Source: Microthyrium microscopicum (taxonomy: Eukaryota). Taken from it: 64,000 nucleotides of DNA. Position 1 is the stretch's first letter; the number at the start of each line of letters is the position of its first letter. Position numbers and translations under genes: made by a program. The notes beneath the pieces were generated by a model. That model had not been told where the DNA came from. It did not search any database and worked only from the letters and a program-made list of their open reading frames with translations. This document shows positions 13,033 to 24,356 of the stretch, piece by piece. The DNA is taken from positions 2,305,345-2,369,344 of the forward strand of contig MU004237.1 in NCBI GenBank assembly GCA_010405405.1. The letters are read 5' to 3'.

Positions 13033-13949
13033 GGTCCTGGTTCCAGTATGTTGTTGGTCAATATGAGGTTTGATCGACTTTCAGGTAGTATGCCGGTATC
13101 CTGGGCATATATTTCCCAGAGTGAAGAGAGCAAGAGAATTTCAAGGAAATGCGTAAACAGCTGTTCTTTTGGGAACCGAAAACCTGAGAAACATCTGGCA
13201 CTGACGACGTACTTATAGACAACCGTTTGAATCCTTCAGAGGCCTGTTCTAGATACCTTGTCTAGAAATAGACACCGCACTCGAGCTTCCGCGGAATAAC
13301 TTCTCAATCCTTCTCGACATACTTTGTTATCCAAATCGGTCAGAATTTACCTGGTCATAGGGGGCTTAGCTTTCACGATGTACCTACCCGGTGAACTTTC
13401 AAGTGACCGGAGTACCTCGTTAACGAATATCGTCATAGTGCCATGAAAGGATAGCTTTGTGGTTATTGTCTCTTCAATCTTCTTATTCGTCACTGTGGCC
13501 TCAGAATAAGATTCTCAATGACTGATAGTACTTTGGAGATTTGATGCTCCGTGCATCGTACTGGCATATTCCAAGATGGTCAGTACATGATCATCAAGGC
13601 CTCAAGCGACTATAACAAGAAGATGTGTTAGGCAACATATGTTTCGAACAAATTTGCATACACCATAGATCTAGCATTCACTTATTAGATTACAGAGTCT
13701 TCCCGCTTGAGCCTCGATGGGTAGCGGCTTCCAAAACAGGAAGTCAATCTCCAATGCCTCACTGCTTGAAACGGCTCTAAATAGCAGCAGTCGCATTGAG
13801 CACTCCTCACACAATAAGTTATTTTGGAGTGACATAACTTTTGAAACCGGGTACAATCAACTCCAGCTTCTCTTCAACCAAGTTTCTCCATAACTTTCTT
13901 GGATTGCAAACATCACCACATTCCTGCGCCAAAGTCCGAAGGCATCAAG

Positions 13950-15019
13950 ATGGCACCGTAAGTTATAATCATACCTTCTAGTGGTTCAAAGGCTCTCAGC
14001 GAGTGCAATGTCTCCCAGCTAGTGCGGAACCGCCACATATGATGCGGAGACAAGGCACGGAAGTCATTCAAGATTACGGTGTTTGATTCAATTTTTGCTG
14101 ACAGTATTAGGAGCAAGCCGGCGGCAGCTTCGCACGGTAAAGCAACTCTTGGAGCCAACTCGTCAGGCGGAGTCCGTCGCCCAGCCTCAGAGCGCCCATC
14201 GTTCGATTCGCATGCCATCAAGATACTTGTCGGTTCGAAAGCTGTAAGTCATAAGTTACCTCTTGGTTTAGCATCTCTGCCACCACCCTTGTTTCTCGCC
14301 ATCCAATGCTGTATCTGCCATATGATGCGTTGGGACTTTCAGTTCTTTTGCAATGCAATCGCAAATTCAGCATTTCTTGTTTCCAAGCTTACATTGTCCT
14401 GCCTTTTGAGGCTGGAGGCTTACATCTACAGGAATCCTTCGTCGTACACACCGGCCACCTGCGCTCAAGTTCGAAATTCTTTTAAGCCATGTTACGTCCT
14501 GGTGCAAACTTCAGAGAGAACAACGATAACGAAATCAAATTGCCTGATTGCGATTCGGAAGCCTTCAGCTCCTATGTCGCCTTTCTCTACACAGGCAAGA
14601 TCTTCTCTCAGTTCACCAAAAGCGAAGACGAATTGGCGAGGGAAGAAGGCATGTTGTTTAGTCTTCTTAAGCTCGCCGACTTTCTACAAGATGATTTATT
14701 GCACAACTGCGTCATTGATACTTTTGTTGCGCAAGTGAAACAGAATTATTTCACCTGTAAGCTCATTACCCGGGCGTGTGAAGCTTTTCCCATCCACAGC
14801 CCGTTTGTTCGCTTGCTTCAGGCATTATGCGTTCAGAACAAACTAGACATGCCCTTCGATGACGTCCGCTCAGCGCATGACACAAGCGAATTCTGGTTCC
14901 TTGTTGCTCAAGGGAAGGAGAAGGAATGGGAAACTGGCAGAGCCCGTAGGAGAGTGGATGCATTTGAAGTGGAAGATGTATGTGCCTACCATATTCATGA
15001 GGATGGAAAGAGATGCTGA
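13950..15019 (+). pseudogene. BTB/POZ-domain gene copy 1 with an in-frame premature TAA (14483-14485)
   Basis: Micro-exon ATGGCACC|gtaag, exon 2 ..SFDSHAIKILVGSKA, exon 3 ESFVVHTGHLRSSSKFF*AMLRPGANFRENNDNEIKLPDCDSEAFSSYVAFLYTG. Confidence 0.75.
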
Positions 15020-15971
15020 TCGATACTGAAAATACCGTGATCGCTGGTCGCATATGCGATGTCCTCAGATTACGTTGCTTTTCAATCGAAATATACTTCT
15101 GGACCGCATATATTGTGAGCAAGTCAGTGACATTTTCTGAAGAATAACTAAGTTCAGTCCTGAGAAGCATGGTCAATTGAAATATCGACCAAACGAAAGC
15201 ATACGGCGTGCAGGCCCATCAACTACGGTGTCTTCCATAGCACTTTATAATCAAAAGTTGCTATGGCTCCCATCATATTTGACGAATAGTTGACGGCTTT
15301 ACCCATTCCATGGACAATAAAGCACTCGTTGATAGACATTAGGCTTGGATTATGCTCGGTAATTCTTTAAACACGTTGATCGTTCTCGGCGTACCCTATG
15401 CTCGAGGATCTGCGAACGATCGTCGTTCACATTCTGCAACCCAGCCTTGCTCCTATAACAGCATTCTGATTGGACGAACAAAAGCTTAAACAGAGCCATA
15501 CGTAAAATTGCATAAGGTATGCCCTCTAAGCCATCCGATGTCATTAAATCCACCATTGGACCAATGGCTACAAGTAATTCTAACCTACAGCACTTGAAAA
15601 GGATTGGCTCCCTGGTTCTATTTTTGTATCCCAGATTGTGCCTCGTCCCATATAGCCTTCCTCCATTGACATCGCAGATCTCTGTGCCGCAAAGTCAACC
15701 TCGTGCCACAAACACCTCCAGTTCGCTGCGGCAACCTTTTAAACTTGGCAAAGTATTGCGCCCGGATTTACGTCATGATCATACTACGTCCAGTCTGACT
15801 TTTCGTACCTTCTGATTGCTTTATATAAAATGTGACTCAAGGCGTATCGTTCCAACCGGTTCCTCGATTTCGCATAGTACCAAATGGTAATCCGGCAATA
15901 ATACTCTACATCTTAGCTTGTGCATGACAATCAATGATCAGTCAGGGTATCATCCACAGCTACGTCAAATC

Positions 15972-16562
15972 ATGGCAATAGCAGCTCTCGCCCCACTCGC
16001 TGCGCCTATTGCAGTGAACACCGACTTCATCGCCAATAAAACCGAAACCATTATCCTCAGCACAGAGCCACTCAGCCGCGACTGGCGTGTCAGTCTCCAC
16101 GACGGCACCCCCCTCCTCACCATCATAGGCGAGTCCATGTCCGCCTCGCACCGTAAAACAGTCTCCACGCCTGACGGCCAAACACTCTACCAAATCCGGC
16201 GCCAATTATGGTCCATGGGCAACACCTACTACGCCGAAAGAACAGAAGATGGACCAAAGCTGTGGGAGCTTGAGAGCCATTCTGGCTTCACGGGTCAGAA
16301 GCACAAACTGATGTTCAACAACGTTGCAGCTGGTGGTCAGCCGGCGATGCTGGACTTCAAGAATCGGAAGATGGGTGGAATCTCGGGGGAGGTCAAATTA
16401 ATCGACCAGAGTGTGGCGAATATTGAGCTTAAGAGAGGACTTTTGAAGAAGGATTATTATGTGACGGTGGCACAGGGGGTGGATATGTCGTTGCTTGTGG
16501 GAATGGTGGTCGCTATAGAGGATCGGATGAAGACGAGGAGAGCTGGTGCTGCTGGAGCGTAG
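15972..16562 (+). CDS. LURP-one-related / tubby C-terminal-like (scramblase fold) protein
   Basis: GTPLLTIIGESMSASHRK..DGQTLYQIRR and C-terminal YYVTVAQGVDMSLLVGMVVAIEDR, typical of LOR proteins. Confidence 0.85.
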   Translation: MAIAALAPLAAPIAVNTDFIANKTETIILSTEPLSRDWRVSLHDGTPLLTIIGESMSASHRKTVSTPDGQTLYQIRRQLWSMGNTYYAERTEDGPKLWELESHSGFTGQKHKLMFNNVAAGGQPAMLDFKNRKMGGISGEVKLIDQSVANIELKRGLLKKDYYVTVAQGVDMSLLVGMVVAIEDRMKTRRAGAAGA

Positions 16563-16618
16563 CATCACGTTGCTGTTATTCTGCCACTTCAGCTCGAGCC
16601 TAATGAACGATTCGCCTA

Positions 16619-17704
16619 TCAAGCTGTCTTGGCTACACACGCCTTACCTTCCTGATGACGATGATATCGACACAGTCCTAAAGCTCGCTCAGTGGGTGTA
16701 AGAGCGAGCTTGGATCCACCAGGTCTCAAAAGCTTTTGTTTTCCGGTCGCAACCGCAAACCAGAACTCGCCTAGTAGCTGGAAACGCGTTAGCAACAGCC
16801 ATCGTAAGTTGTATTTACACATAAGACTTGAAGAGGTTTCTTGCCCATTCCACGTACCTCCAAATTTGTTTGCTTTATCGACTGCTGCATTCGCTGTGCC
16901 TCCAGATTCAAGTGAACGTATATGTCTTTCAACATCAAAATGAACGGGCTATCAGCAGGTAGGTTTTCGTATGCTTTGACAACGATATCGATGGACGGTC
17001 GCTCATCTTTATACTCGGTCATGCAATCAAAAAAGGCACCAATAACCGAGTTATGAAGGTCATCAGCTTGCAAGTAATCGGCAAGAATAATCAGATCGCA
17101 GAGAGCAGTCCACTCTTCGTGGGCGGCCGCTCCACTTGTAGCTTTGGTGGACAGCCAGCCAGTGTAAACGTATTCGACGTAGAGACTGAAACTTTCAGCT
17201 GAGCACTCCGGTAGTTTTATAGTACCCTGTTCACGTCAGCGTGGTAAATGAATGCCAGAGTAGTCGATCGTGATCAGAGTAGTCGATCGTGGTCAAAGTA
17301 GTCGATCGTAGTCAGAGTAGTCAATCGTGGATCGTGGTCAGTGGAAGCCATGGGGGCCAACGGCATATTGTTGTGATATCGTGGGGCATGAGTACCTCTC
17401 TATTCTCCTTGAAATTTCCTCCAGAGCGCAGTAGTCCTTTGAAGAACTCAGAGCTCTCTCGTAATTGATTATTGTGTACTATGAACGGTACCTCGTTCTC
17501 GCCCACCAGAATACTGGCTACATCTGCTGTGAAGCTATTTCGCTCAGAAGGTGGACGTCGAATTCTCCGACGCGGATTGCCGTCAGGACGATCGCCTGGA
17601 TTCGATCCAGGTTTAGATGCTTCACTGCTTTGACTCAGTCAGTAATTTGTCAATGCCTGTCTTTTGAACTGTCTAGAAAGACCAAGATTGACTTACGGTG
17701 CCAT
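16619..17704 (-). CDS. BTB/POZ-domain protein copy 2 (4 exons)
   Basis: ATGGCACC|gtaagt, then SFTADVASILVGENEVPFIVHNNQLRESSEFFKGLL..FKENRE|GTIKLPECSAESFSLYVEYVYTG..LADYLQADDLHNSVI..|LLGEFWFAVATGK..LCRYHRHQEGKAC. Confidence 0.85.
17256..17341. repeat. ~4.5 copies of a 19-bp tandem repeat (cagagtagtcgatcgtgRt) inside an intron of BTB copy 2
   Basis: cagagtagtcgatcgtgat / cagagtagtcgatcgtggt / caaagtagtcgatcgtagt / cagagtagtcaatcgtgga. Confidence 0.9.
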
Positions 17705-18201
17705 GAGGAGATTTTGCGAAATATATCTTGTCAAGCTGTGTTTGTATATTGAGTTGAGAGCTCAGTGAGCTGGTGTGGAAAAAAGGGTGTTAGAGGAGTG
17801 CAGAAAGTTCAAGAGGTCTAGAAGAACCTACAACCCTCGAGATATATGAGCTCCCGTTTACTCAGTAGACTGCTAATTTCACTCTCCAGGAGCAACGTGG
17901 CGAATATCAATGAGCTTGATCCTGGAGATAGGTGGTGAGCTCCTTGAAAATCAAGTAACTTCTTGTCGCTGTTACTGTTCTTGACCTTGAAAGTAAAAAC
18001 AAAGGAAGGGCACCTCGAAATGGCTGGAGGTGTTCTGCTACTTTCTCCCTCTGATAATTCACTTCAGAGGTTTAAAGCAGTACTTAATCTCCTGTGGCCC
18101 AGGAAATCTCGTTCTCTAGTTTCAACAATTCCCTCTCCAACTCCTACATCTGACCATATTTGAAGATCATACCCGACCAACTTCTTGCGTAACCACTAAA
18201 G

Positions 18202-19331
18202 ATGGCGCCGTAAGTTATTTCTTATGCTTATGGATTGTTGCTGAAAAGTTTAGACCCTCAATTCCTTCAAAGTCTGCTGCAAGCCAGCGAACGGTCTCCG
18301 ATAACAAGTATCGTGTAACCCGACGACCAATACCAGGACGCCTCGATCATATCAAAACAGAGGTATGTTGTATTCCCTGACATAAAGCAGTATATTGAAT
18401 TAGTACTTTCCCTGTCGTCACAATAAGCAAGCTCTTGGGATGTATCTTCCTATCAACTACAGTGTCTACCATGGACTGCGAACATTATTGGCCGCTCTGT
18501 TTGCCATTTTTCGCGAAGGCTATCAAACACGATAGGAGCCATGCCTTTGTCTATTTTCACGTGTCTTAACATACGTTGTAGTTGATGGGAGTGGCGCCCA
18601 AATACTCCTCTATTCTGACACGAAAGTAGCATTGCAACACTCGCGATGGTTACCTACCTACCTGGTAAACAGTCACTAACATCGTTTAGGTGGTCAAAGT
18701 CTTAGTCGGCAAGTCTGAGGAGGCTTTCATGGTGCACATCGGGCACTTGATCTCAACGTCCGATTTCTTCAAGGCAATGCTTCGAAGCGGAGCCAACTTC
18801 AAAGAAAACAACGAGTCCACCATCAAGCTTCCGGAATGTCTGCCCGAGACTTTTAGTCTATATGTCGAGTTCATCTATGCCGGCCAAATTTCGATGGACA
18901 AGACACTGGACGTTACTAGCCAATATTGGCCTCTGACAAGACTTATACGCCTAGCCGACTACATCCAGAGCGTTGAGCTTTACAACGTGGCTATTGATGC
19001 GTTTATCGATGTTTGCAAAGATACGAACAAGAGTCCGCCTTTGACGGTGGTTCAGACAGCCTACGACGATCTTCAAAGTGATTCTTCGTTCATTCAACTT
19101 TTGGTTGACATGACTGCCAACAGCAATTGCTATGCCGAGAAGGACGTTCCGACCGCTATGATGGACTCGAAGAATCTAGGAGTGTTTTGGTTTCGGGTTG
19201 CTCAGGCAATGAAGAAAACAGAAGCAACCCCGGGAGATGCAGAGAATGGTCGAGGTTCATTTGGAAACCACAAAACTCGCTATCATCGTCAGAAGATCCC
19301 AACAGCACAGGAGGCGAACAAAAGCGATTAA
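18202..19331 (+). CDS. BTB/POZ-domain protein copy 3 (3 exons)
   Basis: ATGGCGCC|gtaagt micro-exon; VVKVLVGKSEEAFMVHIGHLISTSDFFKAML..FKENNESTIKLPECLPETFSLYVEFIYAG. Confidence 0.88.
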
Positions 19332-20152
19332 GCTTCACCGGAGTGCAGGATCCGGGAAGTGCAAAACGTCTTCTGCCCCTGTTATCCAACCCAACGGACT
19401 GATTTCACGTCCTCTTGTGTTGCAAACCTGGACTGCTAGAGGTGGGATATTCCCCACTATTTAATAGGTAATTTCAAAGAATGCCAAGTTGACAATTTTC
19501 TTCTGGGATTGAAAATGCAGGATTTTGTGCTCAAGTCAACTACATGTGCGTGTAGCTATCAATTAGAAGATTCACGTTAATCATGATGTCGACATAGATT
19601 TTGGAAGTTGACGCCAGCCCAGAGTGCGTACTCGAGCCATCAGGCTGAACCTCAGCCTTGTGACGCCATCCGAAACATAGCTGGCCGACGCCTTCCAGCT
19701 TTGCTGAATCCCATTTGACACACTCAGTGACTGAGTATTCTTTTCCCTATCAATAGCAATTTTCATAGATATTTGATCTAGCGAGATGGCAAAACAGGTA
19801 GGCTATTGTTAAATCTTGCGGTGGCAGCCAACGTCCCAGATGGGAGGTGGCGAGATCCTCGCCTGAAATAATGAGTGGCTCGCTCCTTCCTAAATGCCTT
19901 GTGGGTCATCTCGATCGTACTTCCCTAAATAGGCAACTGAGCGCACTAGTCGCTCAATGTCGAACAAATTTCGCCTTTTCAACCTCAGAAGGTTCCAGCA
20001 CCTGGAAACTTCATCAATTGTCGTGTCTGTATTTTGGCTTCTTCAACTCCTTTCCCTACCATCTATGTCGTGACCTCCGGCGTTTTCTCTCCCTACCATC
20101 TGACTCGCTGGTCTCCAACGTATCTTCCTACAATATCAGCACCGTCCGAAAA

Positions 20153-21058
20153 ATGGCACCGTGAGCATCCCAAGTTCCCAACCATTCCCAATTGACCAGA
20201 ATTAAGAAATCTTAGGCCCTCCACCCCCTCAAGGACTACCGCAACCAAGACTTCTACTACGGAAAAGAAGTATCGAATAACCCGACGACCTCTGGCAGAG
20301 CGCCCAAAAGTTGGGACACAGGTTAGTCTAAATCCTCATGGGCTTGGAGAATGCACTCGATGGGCCTACGCAACAATCCTGGGAACCACGACACTCTATA
20401 GGCTGACACGATCTAGGCGATTAAGATTCTGGTGGGCGAGAAGGAAGAGCCGTTCCTTGTACACTTGGGCCATCTACGGTCCACATCTGATTTCTTCCAA
20501 CGCGCCTTACGGGTTGGAGCGACCTTCAAAGAAAACAACGAGTCTATTCTCAGACTTTCACAATTTGCCCCAGAGACGTTTAGCTTGTATGTCGAGTACA
20601 TCTACACCGGCGAGCTTTCCATAGAGTCCGATGACCGCAAGCAAGAACAAACCACCATAGCCAAACTCGTTGTTCTCGCTGATTATCTACAATCTACTGA
20701 ACTTCACAACGTCGCCGTAGATGCGTTCGTCAACCGTCAAAGCCCCTATCTAGGACCGACGTCACTCGCAGCCGTAAAAATAGCTCGCGACGGATTGCGA
20801 CCCGATTCTCCTTTCATGCGATTGTTAGTTGACATGTGGATATGGAGAGATTTTGCCCCACGCGAAACAGAAGTCATAGACAGATTGTCAGAAGGCCTAG
20901 GTGCATTTTGGTTCAAGGTTGCTCAAGGCAAGAACCGGTTCATGAAATCTGGAAGCTGGGACAAGAAGGATTATCCATGGGTCGTGGACAAGAGCCAGTA
21001 TTACTGCGAGAAGGTTGACGAGAACGTCGAGACAAGCCAAGAACACCGGATACAGTGA
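20153..21058 (+). CDS. BTB/POZ-domain protein copy 4 (3 exons)
   Basis: ATGGCACC|gtgagc micro-exon; AIKILVGEKEEPFLVHLGHLRSTSDFFQRAL..FKENNESILRL..PETFSLYVEYIYTG. Confidence 0.88.
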
Positions 21059-21412
21059 AAAGTAACTGATATGCCGGGGACCACTCTGGTACATGGAACG
21101 AATCAAGAACGTGGATGGCGAGAAGTTGAGAACGAAGTCTTCTAGTTGAGAGCGAATACAATGGCAAAAACAATGTCTGCCCTGTTGTTGATGAGAGCAT
21201 GCCATTTTCCACTGCAAAGCATATCCTGTTCAAGACGTTAGAATATTGGTATAGTAGTGCTGTTACCTGCATCCTGAATGTCTCCAAGATACCCCTCACC
21301 CTTTTCCGACCAGAGTAACAAGTAGCTCACCTCCTCACTTCAAGTCTCCAACGTATCAAGATCCGTCCACACACTACTGGCACCTTTGTCAAACTTCACA
21401 AGCCACCTCAAG

Positions 21413-22310
21413 ATGGCACCGTAAGTTCATTCCATACTTCTGAAGCTGTGTTCTAACTGCCCTCTAAAGCACATTCGCACCAAAGACCGAAAAGAAGTGC
21501 CCCGAACCTGACAAATGCACCAATGTCAGCGCCATTCGAAAGTGGAACTCAAAACGACCCTCTCGCTTCACATCCAATGTCGTCAAAGTTCTCGTGGGCG
21601 AAAACGAAGAAGCCTTCACAGTGCATGAGGGACACCTAACTTCGACATCGGATCTTTTCCACCGAATGCTACACGGAGGAGGAGCAGAATTCAAAGAGCG
21701 CATAGAGGGAGTCGTCAAGCTTCCTGAATGCAGCCCTGAGACCTTCAGCCAGTATATGGAGTATCTCTACTTTGGCCACTTATTTACAAACACGACTGAA
21801 GACAAGCTTCATTACGCTGAACACATGCACGGAGAGATGTTCAACGATGTGGTCGCCGATGAATCTAACAAAGAATACGCAATGCTATGTGAGCTCATTG
21901 CCTTTGGGGATTATGTGCAGGATGATGACCTCTACAACGCAGCTATTGAAGCGTTCATCGACGTTCATAATGTTTGGGGCGGAATACCAAAGCCTGCAAT
22001 CGTCACGACAGCTTACCAGAAGCTAGAGGCCGGGTCTTCATTCATCCGACTCCTACAAGATATATATGTCGACGATCGGGTGATGGACGCCATGTTTGCC
22101 GTGAACAACTACACTGAAGATAATGTGCCTCCAAATCTGGCTGGGTTCTGGTTCAATGTGGCCCTGAAAAGAACTAAATACATGGATTCGAGTAATCCTC
22201 GTACTTGTCCATGGAAGAAAGACAGTTGCCAATATCACCGGCATAAGGATGCGGAAAAATGCGAGGCTAAAGTCAACGAAAACGAAATCTCTGGAGTGAT
22301 CAAGACTTGA
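21413..22310 (+). CDS. BTB/POZ-domain protein copy 5 (2 exons)
   Basis: ATGGCACC|gtaagt micro-exon; FTSNVVKVLVGENEEAFTVHEGHLTSTSDLF..FKERIEGVVKLPECSPETFSQYMEYLYFG..CQYHRH. Confidence 0.88.
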
Positions 22311-22627
22311 CGTTTCTAGTCTGAAAGTCGTCCAGTTGGGTCGTAGTGATTTTGGAAAGGAAGAATGGCTGGTGGTGACTTTGTATCGGGAAGCAGGAGA
22401 GACTTTCTACTTGAAAGTCAAAGCCACAATGGGCTACGCATCGAAAGACATGTTCTTATTGATCAATTTCAATCCTCAAAAAAATCATTTCCCAGTTCTT
22501 TCTTCCTAGCGGATTCCTAGGTTGTTGTGTCGCGCGTAAAACACTAACTTTACCATTCAGGATTAATAAGGAGCGACAGTGCTTTTATGCCCATTTCCTT
22601 GCGTATACTTCCAACCCCAGAATGAAA

Positions 22628-24356
22628 TTATATTCCGTTGCTCTCACATGAAAATGGTCCTCCAAATCCAGTAGGCGAGTTGTATCCGTTGATAATACTT
22701 TGCACCGAGGCCTGCAATTGTTAGTTCAGTCATATTGCGACGCGAATAAAGACTTACATATGTTCCAGCAGTCAAGAACAAGAAACCGAAGCAGATGCAA
22801 GCAATATTGACAACTATTCCAAGGTATCCACGGAATCCTCGCGTCTTCCAGAAATCAGGACCATACTCTGCGTTGCGCATGCGAATATAGGCAACTCCCC
22901 AGAAGATGAATCCGAAGAAACTATCAAACAGGGAGCTCATCAGGGAAAGCAGATCCGAGAAGAATGGAATGACCTCCGCAATGATGAAAGCAAAGACCCA
23001 GGTGACTCCAAGAATTGCGGCCCAGGAAGCCCAGCCAACAACGGTGTGGTTGTGCACATGTCTGGAACCCTTGAAGACGTTGAAGAAAACAAATCTTGCT
23101 GTGACAGAGGCATAAAGCACACCGAGGAAAATGAGTGTTGGGATCATGAAGCTGAAGGACACTTTCTTGTACAATTCGTTTCCGAGAGATGCAAATGCCG
23201 GAGCAGGATTTTCTTGGCCAACAACTCCAGTGTAAGCGTAGATGATGGATCCAACCAGACTGAATAGGATCACTTCAGCAATGGTAACCGCCCAGAGAGC
23301 CTTTGGGAAATCGCGAGGATTCTTCATCTCAGCGATGAACGAAGGCAATGTTATCTGCCCAATAAATGTATATGAAATATTCATAAATGCGTTCATGCCA
23401 GCAACAAATGTAGTACCCTTAGCAGGCACAGCCAAGATCTGGGCCGGATTGAGCTCCGGATACAGCGAGCGGTCCTGGATTCCGGCAAAGATGGTGGCCA
23501 AAATGACGGAGATGAAGGTGAAGAACGCGGAAACGGTGGCCAACCTAGCAAGCGCACTGAATGTTCGCGGAAGAGAACAACACCAAGAAATAATGGCCAT
23601 AATCGCTGAAAATGCAACGGTGCATAGTCCTCCATTGGACATGGTGTTCAAGTACTTGGCTCCAACAAGGCAGTGGAAGCCTTGGATGAAGGTGTTGTTG
23701 AGCACGAACATGACCGCTGTGAACCACCAAGCCCATTTGGAATCCCAAAAGAGCTTTTGTCCAATATCGCAAACGTCTTTGACTTCTGGATGGCGCATGC
23801 AGAATTCCCTGCTGTTGTTAGCAATGCTATTCCCGATTATTTACGCGGACCTACCATGTAATCAAGGAAGTGTAAAGGACGAGACCGGCGATCACGACGG
23901 TAAGAATGAGACCTGGAACAAGACCGAGAACGGAGTAGCTATCAAATATCAGTAACGGATTCGTGCATGGGTTTTGTTGGCAGTACTTACGAATAAGGGA
24001 AACTCATGATAGCCAAGCAAATGTACTCTGAAAAGAGCAAGGCTGCGGTCTATCCTCAGTCAATATGCATTCCCATACATGCCCATCGCGGTACTGACCT
24101 TTTTCCAACCACAAGATCGATACTTAATACTATTTCCTTGTTCCATTTCAATCTGTGCGCCAATATCGACACCGCCATCGTCAACCGGTGGTTTATCGTC
24201 GATGCGGCTCATGCGTCTTCCAGAGAGCGTGGTGCTACGGACACTGCCCTGACGCTCTGGGTCGCCCTTTTTCTCATCATGACTGAGAATGGTTTCTGAA
24301 GGTGGAGATTGGGATTGAGGCGAAGCCTTTTTGGAATTGAGCCATTTCAACGCCAT
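22628..24356 (-). CDS. Neutral amino acid permease (AAAP/Aa_trans, Mtr-like), multi-exon
   Basis: IKYRSCGWKK/TAALLFSEYICLAIMSFP, MRHPEVKDVCDIGQ, YTFIGQITLPSFIAEMKNPRDFPKAL, and about 11 hydrophobic segments. Confidence 0.9.

Noticed and set aside
14079..14738. 219-aa ORF as an independent gene
   Set aside because: It is exon 2 of BTB copy 1 read through an intron into a wrong frame.
17256..17341. CRISPR-like array
   Set aside because: Head-to-tail 19-bp units with no unique spacers, inside a eukaryotic intron.
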